DNA from: Octopus vulgaris
Taxonomy: Eukaryota
Direction of reading: 5' to 3'
DNA: 64,000 nt
NCBI GenBank assembly: GCA_951406725.2
Contig: OX597818.1
Span: 71,548,001 to 71,612,000, forward strand
Shown here: positions 38,553 to 50,892 of the stretch, piece by piece
How the letters are laid out: the number at the start of each line of letters is the position of its first letter
Position numbering within the stretch: the stretch's first letter is position 1
The notes under the pieces: model-generated
Seen by the model: the letters and a program-made list of their open reading frames with translations, nothing else
Told to the model about the DNA's origin: nothing
Databases searched by the model: none
Made by a program: the position numbers and the translations under genes

Positions 38553-38826
38553 GTTGCCTTGGTACGCTACTGTAATCCAGTTACCTCGAAGTTTGGTTGA
38601 TTGTCCGGTTTGAGGATGGGAATCTTGGTAGTCGGTCTTCTATGGCGACCGGGTGTCCGTGTTAAGTTCTGCATCAATATGGTGCTGGAGAGGGGGCTCA
38701 TCAGACCCAGCTTGTCTCAGGAGGGTCGATTCAACCCAGGGCGAAAACACGGCAGGCAAAAGACCCCGTGTCGAGCAGTAGTGTGAATAGCCGTCAACTA
38801 GCAACCTCTTCGATATAATTGATTTT
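38553..38826 (+). ncRNA. 7SL / SRP RNA-like gene or pseudogene
   Basis: Collinear with metazoan SRP RNA: CTGTAATCCAG (Alu-domain UGUNR), CTATGGCGACCGGGTGTCCG, TAAGTTCTGCATCAATATGGTG, AGGAGGG, CCCAGG..GAAA..GCAGG, CCCGTG...CAGTAGTG and TGAATAGCC. Confidence 0.85.
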
Positions 38827-39465
38827 AGAGAGACTAGCTGCTATTTCTTACAGATTTCACTATTCCATACATGCTCCACTGCAGCCAGTCGCCTGTTCAT
38901 ATTTAGCCTCATGCCATTTTAAATCAAAGATATTTCAACCATAACCATCAAGTCTCACATTTAAAGACAGAATGTCTATAAGTTTATATTAAACATTGTG
39001 TACTTCTTCTAAACGACCGTAGCCCTGTGTTTTGACGTCTATTTCTAGTAGGTTGAATGATCAAGCAGAGATATTCTTGGCTTTTAAGGAAGTCAGTTGT
39101 GTCTAATTCCCTACTTATCTTAGCTAGTTCTATTTATATTAATGACAAGATTACGGAACATATATCCTTGTGACTGAATGACCAAGCACAAAACATTAGG
39201 CCACCAAAGGTAGATATCTTGTCCATAAACAATATTCTACCTGCCATTACCCTCTCATCCCTTGACAACCATTATCTTCTTACCTTTGCCATCTCGTTTA
39301 TTGACATCATTCATGTCCCCCCTTACCAAACATTATCTCACCTCCTCTATACTGCTAGCCACTACTCTCTTTTTCCCAGTCCACTCTTTACTGACATCCA
39401 TCAAACTTTTGTTAACACTTTTATCATTATCCATCTCTTTCTCCTAAAATGTAACTACCATTACT

Positions 39466-39554
39466 ACTTCTCTTCCGTTACCCATAACATGACTTCTCTC
39501 CCGTTACCCATACCATGACTTCTCTCCCGTTACCCATACCATGACTTCTCTCCC
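39466..39554. repeat. 26-bp tandem repeat (CATGACTTCTCTCCCGTTACCCATAC), about 3.4 copies
   Basis: Direct reading. Confidence 0.9.
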
Positions 39555-40344
39555 ATGTACCCTCTTCCACAATCTCACCTCAATCACTGTTTTCACCCAT
39601 TATACTGTCTTCTCCCCCTCATCCTAATTCACATTCTGCTATCGAGCACTCTTTAGTCCTTTCACAATGCTCTCATAGCATAGAGGAATGAGGTTCCCTT
39701 TTGTTTTACATGGTACACAGCAACCTCACAAGTGCTGGTGCTAGATAAAATACATCCAGTACACTCTGTAAAGTAGTTAGAGAATGAGCAGAGATACTTT
39801 AGGGTTGAGAGGACTGCTTGGTCTTTGTCATATTGAGGTCATGTGCTGATGACACAACAAAATACACCCACTACATACATTCTTTGAAGTGATTGGTGTT
39901 AGAAAAAGTATGCAGCCATAGAAGCCAAATCAAAATAAAATTTATGAGTGAAACTTGATTTCTCAAAGATGCCTATGTGGCAGTAACTCTGACAACCCGT
40001 TCAACCTATGCCAGCATAGAAAGCAAATGTAAAATGAGGATGATGATATGTGTATTTATATATGTCTCATCATCATCATTAAACATCCACCTTCCATGCT
40101 GGCAAGGGTTGGACGGTTTGACAGGAGCCGGCCAGGCAGGATCCTGTACCAGACTTGTGTCTGTTTTGGCAGAGTTTTTATGGCTGCATGCCCTTCCTAA
40201 CACTGACCACCCTGCAGAGTGCTTTTTAAGTAGCACAAGTGCAGGCAAGGTCAGTTTTGGCATGGTTTTTACAGCTGGTTGCCCTTCCAAATACCAACCA
40301 CTTTTTAGTGTGGATTGGAGCACTGTGTGTGTATATATATACAT

Positions 40345-40658
40345 TGTATGATACAAGTAAGATATGTTTTTGAATGCAGAGTTGCCATTAGAACAACAGG
40401 AATACTGGGTAAATTACCCTTACAACACTGTAAAATTTGTCAACAACCAGCTATGGGAACTCATATCCCTCTAAGACTCTGGTGGTGAACTTGCCAGCAG
40501 GCAGTTTAACTTAATGGTAAATCACTCAGCCAGAGTCTTTGAGGAATATGAATTCAAATCCCATGCCTAGTTAACAAATGTTTCTGTCTTTCCAGTATTC
40601 CTGCTGTTCTAACAGCAACTCTGGATTTGAAAAATATAATTTTTTTGTATAATACACA
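40345..40658. mobile_element. Foldback/MITE-like long inverted repeat
   Basis: Arm GCAGAGTTGCCATTAGAACAACAGGAATACTGG pairs with CCAGTATTCCTGCTGTTCTAACAGCAACTCTG. Arm GAACTCATATCCCTCTAAGACTCTGG pairs with CCAGAGTCTTTGAGGAATATGAATTC. Confidence 0.75.
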
Positions 40659-40709
40659 TTTTCAATACTCCTAATAAGAAAATAAATGTTTGTTTACATA
40701 TATATCTAT

Positions 40710-42562
40710 ATCATCATCATTTAATGTCTGTTTTCCATGCTAGCATGGGTTGGACGGTTCGACCGGGGTCTAGTAAGCAATAGAGGCTGCACCAGGCTCC
40801 AGTCTGATATGGCAGTGTTTCTACAGCTGGATGCCGTTCCTAATGCCAACCACTCCGTGAGAGTAGTGGGTGTGTTTTACGTGCCACCGGCACAGGGGCC
40901 GGAGGAAGCTGGCAAACGACCATGATCGGTTGGTGCTTTTATGTGTCACCGACACAGCCGCCAGTCAGGTGGCGCTGGCATCTGCCACGTTCAGACGGTG
41001 CTTTTTACGTGTCACTGGCACAGGTGTCTTAACTACAATCTCCATTTGATTTTTATTTTGATGTTGGTGTTGATGTACTTGACTCAATAGGTCACCTCGA
41101 GAACAGCGGGTCACTCTACGATCCAGGCGAGCCATGAACTCACTTAATTTTTTGGGTCTTCACAGTCACAGCATATCTCAGGGGTCTCAGTCTTTGTCAT
41201 TTCCTCGGTCTTTTCGTCATAGCCTCTGTGAGGCTCAACGTACTAAGGTCATGCTTAACCACCTCGTCCCATGTCTTCCTGGGTCTACCTCTACCCCGGA
41301 TTCCTTCAACAGTTTGGGAGTGGCACTTCTTCACACATCTCTCCTCATCCATCCATAGTACATGACCAGACCAACACAATTGTCTCTCCTGCATGCTGCA
41401 TCTGATGCTTCTAATGCCCAACATTTCTCTCAGGGCGCTTACACTCTGTCATGCATGGACACTGACATTACACATCCAGCAGATCATGCTAGCTTCATTT
41501 CTTTCGAGCCTAAACATGTCTTCCGCAGTCACAGCCCATGTTTCACTACTGTGAAGCATAGCTGTTCGCACACATGCGTCGTACAATCTACCTTTCACTC
41601 TGAGCGAGAGACCCTTTGTCACCAGTAGGGGAAGAAGCTTCCTAAACTTTGCCCAGGCTATTCTTATTCTTGTGGTAACACTCTCTGAGCATCCATCCCC
41701 GCTACTAACTTGGTCACCTAGGTAGTGGAAACTATCAACTACTTCTAGTTTCTCCCCTAGGAGTGTAATGGAATCTGTTTTCTGAGTATCAGTGGTGTCT
41801 ATAGCCCCTGTGCATCTGCCGCACATGAAAGCTATCTTCTCGGTTAATTTTCCTTTGATATTGCTGCACTACTTATGTGTCCATAGCTTACACTGGGTAC
41901 ATCTTATGGAGTTTCTACCTACACCTTTTCTACAGATCGAGCGGGTGTGTGGTGAGTTTGCATTCCTACTTAATAGAACTTTGGTCTTTGCTACATTGAC
42001 TCTAAGGCCTTTTGATTCTAAACCTAGCTTCCACACACAAAATTTCTTCTCTAGTTCCAGTAGTGATTCTGCTACGAGGGCTAAGTCATCAGCATAGAGG
42101 AGCTCCCAGGGACAACCCGTCTTAAATTCCTCTGTTATTGCCTGGAGGACTATGATGAATAGAAGGGGACTGAGGGCTGAGCCTTGATGGACACCAACTT
42201 CTACCTGGAATTCTTCACTGTACTCATTGCCAATCCTAACCTTACTAACAGCCTCTCTGTAAAGGGCCTGTACAGCCCTTATTAACCATTCGTCAATCTC
42301 CAGTTTCCGCATCGCCCACCAGATAAGGGATTGGGGGACTCTGTCAAAGGCTTTCTCCAAGTCCATAAAAGCTAAGTATAGGGGTTTATCTTTGGCTAGG
42401 TATTTCTCCTGCAGTTGACGAACTATGAATATGGCATCAGTGGTGCTTCTACCCGGCACAAAACCGAACTGCATCTCATCTAAGCAAGACTCTCTCCTTG
42501 ATGAGATGGGCTATGACTATCTCTGTGACCTTCTTTACCTGATCCAGCAGTTTGATACTCCT
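40710..42562 (-). mobile_element. RTE-like LINE, 5'-truncated (RT domain, C-terminus, 3' UTR, (ATG)n tail)
   Basis: QFGFVPGRSTTDAIF, FMDLEKAFDRV, GVHQGSALSPLLF, LLYADDL, FHYLG and GRGRPRKTWDEVV. Few disabling mutations. Confidence 0.93.
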
Positions 42563-43389
42563 ATACATACACACTCTTCACCTATGTAATCACACATACT
42601 TTTCTTAAATTTTTTTTTTCTTTCTTTCCACTTTCTGATTAAGAGCCATGTTTGAAACTTTATATGCCCTCTTTTTTTTTCATTTTAAACTGAGTATCAA
42701 CCTAATACATTTAGCATGTATGTCCTTTTCACTTTTGTTGTGTTTGTTTTTATTTTTGATTTGTCTTTATATAAAAAATTTTAATCAGGTATACACCTAA
42801 TAGTATGCCATTTCAAGCCTGTTCACAGTTTTCAGCTATCTGATGTCATCAACAGTATAGATGTATATCCCACTGGATTTACTTCAGAAATTCCTGCATG
42901 TCCGTAGAATTTATAAAATGAGAAAGAAAATGAAATTCACTACGATCATTTTGACCAAGGCACCAGTGCACAATGGGTCAAAATGATAGTAGTGAGTAAT
43001 AAAGGGATTTGGGAATTCCATTTTCTTTCTCCCATATATAAATATATATATATATACATATATGTATGTATATATATACAAACACACATGTGTTGTACTC
43101 ATAGTTGTAAGATTGTGGTTCCGATTCTTGAACTGGGCAATGTGTTGTATTTTTGGGCAAAACACTTCATTTTATGTTGCTTTAGTTCACTCAGTTGGTA
43201 AAAATAAGTGATCCAGTGATGGACTGGTGCTGCATGCAGTTGCCAAACTGTCTTGTTTTTAACAACTTGATAATATAAACATTTAGTATTTAATTTAATA
43301 TTAGAAGGAATATTTTGTTTTCAGACTGAAAACTGCATAACTGTGACAAATTATCTCGAAAATTTTTAGTAATTTTCAAATCATTATTT

Positions 43390-44190
43390 AGGCAGTGAGC
43401 TGGCAGAAGTTTTTCCTTCTAGAAACATTAAAGTGTTGCCAATATTAATATTGAGCTGGCAGAATTTTATGCACGTCAGGCAAAATGCTTAGTGACATTT
43501 TGCCCATCTTTATGTTTTGAGTTCAAATTCTGTCAAGGCTGACTTTACTTATCCATTCAGGGTTGATAAAATAAAAACCAGTTGAGTGCAGGGATTGATG
43601 TAATTGACACCTTCTTCAAAGTTGCTGGCTTTGTACCAAAATTTGAAACTAATATAAACATTAGCTGGAGGTGGTAAGTTGGCAGAATCATTACTGCACC
43701 GGGAAAATTGCTTAGAGATACTTCATCTTTACAGAGTTGATAAAATAAGGACTAAGTTGAGCACTGGAGTTGATGTAATTGACTTATTCCTTCTCCTGAA
43801 ATTGCTGACCTTGTGTCAAAATTAAAACCAATATGGCAGCATTCCTTTTAGTTTTATGTTCTGAGTTCACCTTTGCCTTACATCTTTTCAGGAAGTTGAT
43901 AAAATAAAGTGCCAAGCTCTGGAGCTCATGTAAACTGACTCTGTTACTCCAAAATTTGAAAGAATTATAGGCAGCAAAGTGGCAGAATTGTTAGCGCACT
44001 GGACGAAATGCTTAGCAGTATTTCAGCTGTCGCTATATTCTGAGTTCAAATGCCACTGAGGTTGACTTTGCCTTTCATTCTTTTAGGGTTGATAGTATAA
44101 AATACTAGTTGAGCACAAGACTGGAAATGTAACAGATTTCTCCCTCAAAGTTGCTGGTCTAGGACCAAAATTAGAAAGGATTATCATTAG
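43390..44190 (+). mobile_element. Head-to-tail cluster of 4-5 SINE family A copies
   Basis: Repeated heads (G)AGCTGGCAGAA at about 43391, 43453, 43670 and 43969, with repeated GTTGATAAAATAA cores. Confidence 0.8.
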
Positions 44191-44747
44191 TGGCTAGGGG
44201 GCTGCATTCACAATTATGAGATTGTAGTTTCAGTTCCTAGACTGGGTGGTGCATTGTGTCCTTGAGCATCTCACGTTGCTTTGCAATCACTTCAACACCT
44301 GTTCAAGCAACATTGATTTGATGGAGAGAGTGAGCTAATATACAGCACATACACTTGATCACTATAAACAAATCATTTGTACAATATGTCACTTTCAATG
44401 GGAGAGTCCATTATTATTATTATTACAGGTGTACTGCTGTTTCAGACTACCATAATTTGCAAGTAGTTGAGAACAGGAACACACACACACACTCATTTGG
44501 TACAGCAGAGTGGATGACATTGCTAAGAAATCATGTCCCTTTTGTGAGAACTTATCATCAAAGTTTTCTTTGGGTTTTAGCCAAAATATTCCATGATTAA
44601 ACTATCATCAAAGATATTCCTTGTTGTCACACCCACACATTTTTTAGGTCTGTACAGAAAAACATTATATAATGTCTGGTTCAGTGTTTAAAATAGCAGA
44701 GTGCAATGAAAGAAATTTTGCTATTATTCCTAGCTGGTTAAGTAACC

Positions 44748-45138
44748 TTTACTCTTTTACTTGTTTCAGTCTTTTGACTGCGGCCATGCTGGAGCACCAC
44801 CTTTTAGTCGAGCAAATCAACCCCGGGACTTATCCTTTGTAAGCCCAGTACTTATTCTATCGGTCTCTTTTGCCGAACCGCTAAGTGACGGGGATGTAAA
44901 CACACCAGCATCAGTTGTCAAGCAATGCTAGGAGTACAAACACAGACACACATATATATATATATATATACATATATACGACAAGCTTCTTTCAGTTTCC
45001 ATCTACCAAATCCACTCACAAGGCATTGGTCGGCCCGGGGCTATAGCAGAAGACACTTGCCCAAGATGCCACGCAGTGGAACTGAACCTGGAACCATGTG
45101 GTTGGTTAGCAAGCTACTTACCACACAGCTACTCCTCC
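44748..45138 (-). mobile_element. Well-preserved SINE family B copy
   Basis: TTTTACTTGTTTCAGTC...GCGGCCATGCTGGAGCACC...AGAAGACACTTGCCCAAG.TGCCACGCAGTGG.ACTGAACC. CpGs retained. Confidence 0.85.
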
Positions 45139-48100
45139 TCCTTGTAGAGGATTTCTCATTAATTCATAGGATGACATCTGTTCAAACAAAGTAATTGAAT
45201 AAAAGAGAGCAGCTACCTGGAATAGAATTAAAACTTTAGTGTTGCCATATATCACGGAAATAAAAGAAATACAAAAAGAAACAGAAAAATAAAAAAAAAC
45301 AAGGTTTTGTCTGATTTTTCATTTCCTCTTTTTAATATCTAAAAAAAAAAAAAAAAAAAAAACACATTTTTTTCCATTTTTTTCATTGAATTCTACAATG
45401 ATTTGTGTTCTATATCCTTTTTCTTTTTTCTTTTAATACATTTAGTCCAATGACAAACTTTTTAAGGAGAATCAAATCCAAAAAGCAAGCCAAAAAGGAC
45501 ATCACTCGGTTTCTTTTAACATTTAAATTAGAAAGTTTTCATTGAATGCAAAAAAAAAAAAAAAAAGTAACATGTTAGTCTACCATTCATTGTATTTACA
45601 GCAGTTAAAATGAAGAACAAGTATACAGAATGACATCACAAGTATTAATGGACTCGTACATACATCCATACATACACAAGCAATGATGGACACCCATACA
45701 TACACACACACCAGAGCAATGACACATGGGATGGGGACCAAGTGATAACCCCTATATTCCTGGTCCCCCACATACGCACACACAATGTATGATCCTTACA
45801 CAGAGCTTTTTATTGCTTATTTTTTTCCTGTAACAAAATGACAAAAAATTTTTAATAAAAAAATTTTTTAAAAAAGAGAGTAGGCACCTATCACATGTCT
45901 ACTTAATGTGTGGACAATTCTCTACAGCTTCTCTTGCTATTGGTGGTCTTTTGTGTGTGTGTGTGTGTAGATAGGGATGGTGAAAAAAAAATTATAATCG
46001 TGGTTACTGTTTTTTCTTTCTTTTCAAATGTTTTGTTTAATTTGTTGTATTGTTGAGAGTTACTGGAAATGGGGAGGAGAATATGTTACAAAATATAAAT
46101 TCTGTACATATCTAGCTGGGAAAAAAAAATCCCTGAAATGTGGTGGTGGTGGTGGAGATGTTACATTGTGCCAAAAAAAAACCCAAAAAAACTCCTGAAT
46201 TTTAGACATCAATAATGGTAAATCTGGGAGTTTTTTTCTTTTTTCTTTTGCTGCATCTTGTATAACAGATTTCATCCTAGTATAAATGTGATAATAATGA
46301 TATAACGCAAAGATATTTATAAGTTCTCCCTTGAATATCCTGTTTTATATATAAAGAAAACCCATTGGTGGCAGTTCAACCAATACATAATATAGAGATA
46401 CTGGGTTTATTTTCCTTAGAAAAATAAAAGAATGTATGACATCCTTGCCTGAAGAGTTTATTAAGTGACTTAATATAATATGTGTGATATAGGATATCAA
46501 AATGAGGTTTTATACATGGGTAACTGCCACCTGCAATTGCATTATATCAATATAACCTACAATTTGGCTGTTATTTCTAATAGGGCAAGCAACCATGGTA
46601 AAGGCTCTGTTGCTGGAGTGTCAGATGGCAGTTATATCAATGTCAGATTATCTCAATGAATGCTTAAGAAGTGGGTTCAAGTTCTAGTTATGGTATCAAA
46701 TAAACACACGTCTTAAAATATGTCAACTAAATTTCTATGACCATGACAAATCTCATGGTGAGGGTAGATTGGATAACCTGGATTGGGTTAGCATTGTGAC
46801 AAATTCAGGATTAAGAAAGCAAGATTGGTTTTGGAATAATAATAATAAAAAAAAAAAAAAAAAAAAAAAACATATCTAAATTATATGAAATAATTATTGC
46901 TGGCTTAAAAATCAGAATATAATTTTTTTTAACTCATTAAGTACACTGATTATCAACATTATTCAGGCAGCAAAATAAATTTAAAATTGAATTTTCATGC
47001 ATTTTAAAAAATGGTATGACAATTGGAATTGCTTGTAGAGGTCCTTCATACTTAAAGGGTTAACATTTGGTAAATTTTTATGATGTTTAAATGTTTACGA
47101 TCCATTAACTACTTAACATACATCATCATCATCTTATACATTAGGTGAGCCTGAAATTTTGTAAATATGATAAGAGTCATTGATATAAAGAGTATGGCAC
47201 AAAAACCCCACATACTTTACATGGTGAAATTGGGAAGTTTTCTTTTTGCTGTACTCTGTATGTGTATATCTCCAAACATTTTTCCTACATCAACCATGAC
47301 AAAAGAGTGGAATCTGTAGCAAGCAGGATGTTATGTGCTTTACTCAAGTGGTTGAAATAGTAAAACACATGACCATGTTGTTGCTAGTGTTCAACCTAAA
47401 ATGCCTTTGTTTCCATGTTGCTTCAAGAACAGGCATTCCTCACACTATGAGGAATGTTTATTTTGTGGTCATGAACATTTGTTTGAATAAATAAATATTT
47501 AGTATATTGTGAGAAATATTGATTAATCTGACAATTGATTGAGATCTCATGAGCCAGTGGGTAATGAAGAATATCTTAATTGTTAGGAATATAGCTATTT
47601 GTTGCCTTCTCTGGATGCATAAGAAGATTTATGATCAGTGTCACAATACAAGCTAATTAGAAGCTAAATCTTTCCACACTAAAAAGTCCAAACAGGTCAG
47701 ACTTAGACTCCTAGTTTCTGTAGGGATTAGTCAATGAAGATATATTTACTCCTGGATAAGCTATAAGTAGATTTTCTTAGACAAGAGAGTGAGAGCTAGC
47801 TTGCAGTGCTGAGTTCCCACTACAATGTTCCTGTTGGTTACAACAGTTGACAATAACACATGAAGATCTCACTAGATCTTAGCATTAAAGCAGCTTAGCA
47901 TTCCTAGATTCCTGCTACCCACAATTGTCAGTTGAACCTCTTCATGGTTGAACCTATTTCACCACGAGCTGAACTGATTCATACTAGTAGCCTTTTTGAT
48001 CATTCTGACACTAAACTATCTTGACCACTTTAAACTTAATAATTCTACAGACATTTGCTAGGAAAAAGCACAATAAGAATACAAAGAGGTGTGTGTGTGT

Positions 48101-50674
48101 GTGTGTGTGTGTGTGTCTATGTATGTCTGTATGAGTTCTTTGACCATACCCAGAGAATATAGTTGAAAACAACCATGTCTGCTGAAATGTATGGCACTAA
48201 CATAATTCTCTAAGACTTGCAAGGAAGTGTGAGAAAAAAAAATCAAAATATAAAATGAACTTAAAACTATTAAACTGAACCATTTCAAAACAAAAGGCAG
48301 ATTAGAAATAATAATGATGATGCTGATGGTGATGATGATGATAAACAACGTTGTGTCACTGAACCATTTCTCAAAAGAAAAAAAATATTGAAAAAACAAA
48401 ACAAAGAAATATGTTTGACACTTTCTGACATGAAATGACAATATTTATACCAAACTAAATGGAACAAAAGAGTTGTCAGAGAATCTATTGAACCCACTCT
48501 TTCTCTCTAGAGACCGTTATTTGTTCTTCTGTACACCTCAGAGAAGTCTGAGAATGAAATTTGAAACCCAGAAGATAATTTTAATACAATTAAAGAAAAG
48601 AGAAAGAAAAAAAAAAGTGTTAACTTTACTGTTCTTTAAATAATGACTTCTTTCTTCAAACAAATAAACAGAATATCTTGATATTATTCCAGTACATTGC
48701 TGGTACCCACCTTGTATGACCAACAGGATTCAAACTCAGAAATGTGAAGCAATAAATAAATTATTTTATTATTAATGGTTTCATCAAATTAATAGGAATA
48801 GCAACTTTGACTTTTATAGGGCTCTGGGTAGGGATGAGGAACAGAGGCAGAAATGGGAGAGATCTGATCTGTAAAGAAACCCAAAAGCAAGGTGTTAGGG
48901 TTAAAATCAGGCAATAGATTAAGCCCACCACTCAACAACAGGTACAGTCCTGCAGTGAGCATCTACAAGGTTTTTTTTTTACATCTAGTTTCACTGATAT
49001 AGCTTTGGTAGACTTAAGGCCAAGGTAGAAGACACTTGACCAAGGTACCATGCAACAGAAGTGAATTGGGAACATATAACAAAAGGAACTTCTTAAACAT
49101 ATGACCATGGTTGTGCCATTCAACTAGATAATTTAAAGTTATCTACTGCAGCTTTACATTTTCCAATATATAATCTTCCACCTTTTCCTAGTTTATAATA
49201 AAGAACAGTACCCAGTTTTATAAGGGATCAAATAATACGATTGCTTAAATCAAGCACAGTAAATATACATACATCACACATATACATGTAAATATATACA
49301 CATGTACACACACACACACACACACATATACATGTATGTGTGTATATGTTTATGTGTACATATCTTCTGGAGGAATTAATCTTAAAAAGATATGAGAATG
49401 AAACGAATTCACATACACAAACCAATGAAAACAGCAAATAAAACACCGTTCATTTGTTTTACATCTGGATTAGATGAAATTGTTTTAAAGCCAGATGCCC
49501 TTCCTGTCAGTAACCCTTACCTGATTTTCAAGTTTAGTAGTATAAGTATTATAATTTGGCTGTTCACAGTCATCACTACATGAATGAGAAATTAAGACTG
49601 AAATTTTCTTGAATTTCTCAATGAGATTACTGATAACTAATGGATGGGAAGCAGTTATAACTAAGAATTGGAACTGTGCTTTAGATAAGCCCTAACAAGA
49701 GTTTACTACCTCCTCCCTCTCTCTACATGCACACACACATATATATAGTTGTCTGAGCTTACATATGTAAGAAAAAAAAACAGGCACTCACACATTAAAT
49801 TATAGAGAGCACATATTTATACAGTATTTATAAATTTAGCCTTGTAATACCCTAGTATTCACCTGTGTCTGATGATTGTTCATTTTCCCTTTCCATATTT
49901 AGGTTCTTTAACATGAAACTATTAAAGTAACAGAGTATTATAAAAGCCTATAACTAGCTAATGTTACCTTATGGTTGACAGTTACAACAAACTACATTCT
50001 GAGTTCAAATCTGTTGAGGTCAGTTTTTTTTGGGTTCCTTTAAATACCAGTCAAATACTAGATCTGATCTCATTCACTGTACCTTTAAGATTAATAGAGA
50101 AAGGAGTTGGAAGGAAAGGAGGGGAGAATGTTATAAAGATAGAGAGTGTTTACAGCAAGAGTCTACAAAAGTGTGAGCTGATTATATTGTTTATTCCCTC
50201 CATGTTTAGAACCATATATGTATAAGATGACTGTCTCACAGACAATATGGTCGTGGGTCAGGTCATAAACGATAAGAGAAGATACACATAACAGAGGTTG
50301 AAATATTAGTCACAGTAAACCACTTAACAAGATGTGAAGAGACTTTTTTAAATCAAGGTAAGTAGAAATAAATACATCACTAGCTTAAAGACCCAAAGCA
50401 GACCACACATAAGGAAGCTTATTCAGTAGGCCATAATTCCATCCCTCCCTCACCTAGTAATAATATTGATTGAACTATTGATAATAGGAAGAGAACGATA
50501 GATATAGAGAGAAAGAAAAATAAATAATGATGTCAGAAAATGACAATATGTTAAACCATTCCTCTTCAGCCTAATACATATGGCCAGCTTTTATTCCATT
50601 AGAAAAAAAGATAAAAAATTTGAAATTTCAAGGGAGCAAAATTTCTTTGGAATCTTATGCAGATATTTCAGAAG

Positions 50675-50892
50675 AAAGTAGTTAGTATAGTTACTAGTGG
50701 TAAAGTAGTTAGTATAGTAGTATAATAGCTAATATGGCTACTTGTGGCACGGTAGTTAATATAGTAATATAATAGTTAATATAGCCACCAGTAGTATAAT
50801 AGTTGGTATAGCCACTAGTGGCAGTCAATATAGCTACAAATAGTAGTTCATATAGCCACTAGTAGTATAGTTGCTGGTATAGCCACTAATAT
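50675..50892. repeat. Degenerate ~28-bp tandem repeat (TAGTTAATATAGCCACTAGTAGTATAA)
   Basis: Direct reading; about 8 imperfect units. Confidence 0.7.

Noticed and set aside
39466-39554. 26-bp repeats as a CRISPR-like array
   Set aside because: The units are contiguous with no unique spacers, there are no cas genes, and the context is eukaryotic.
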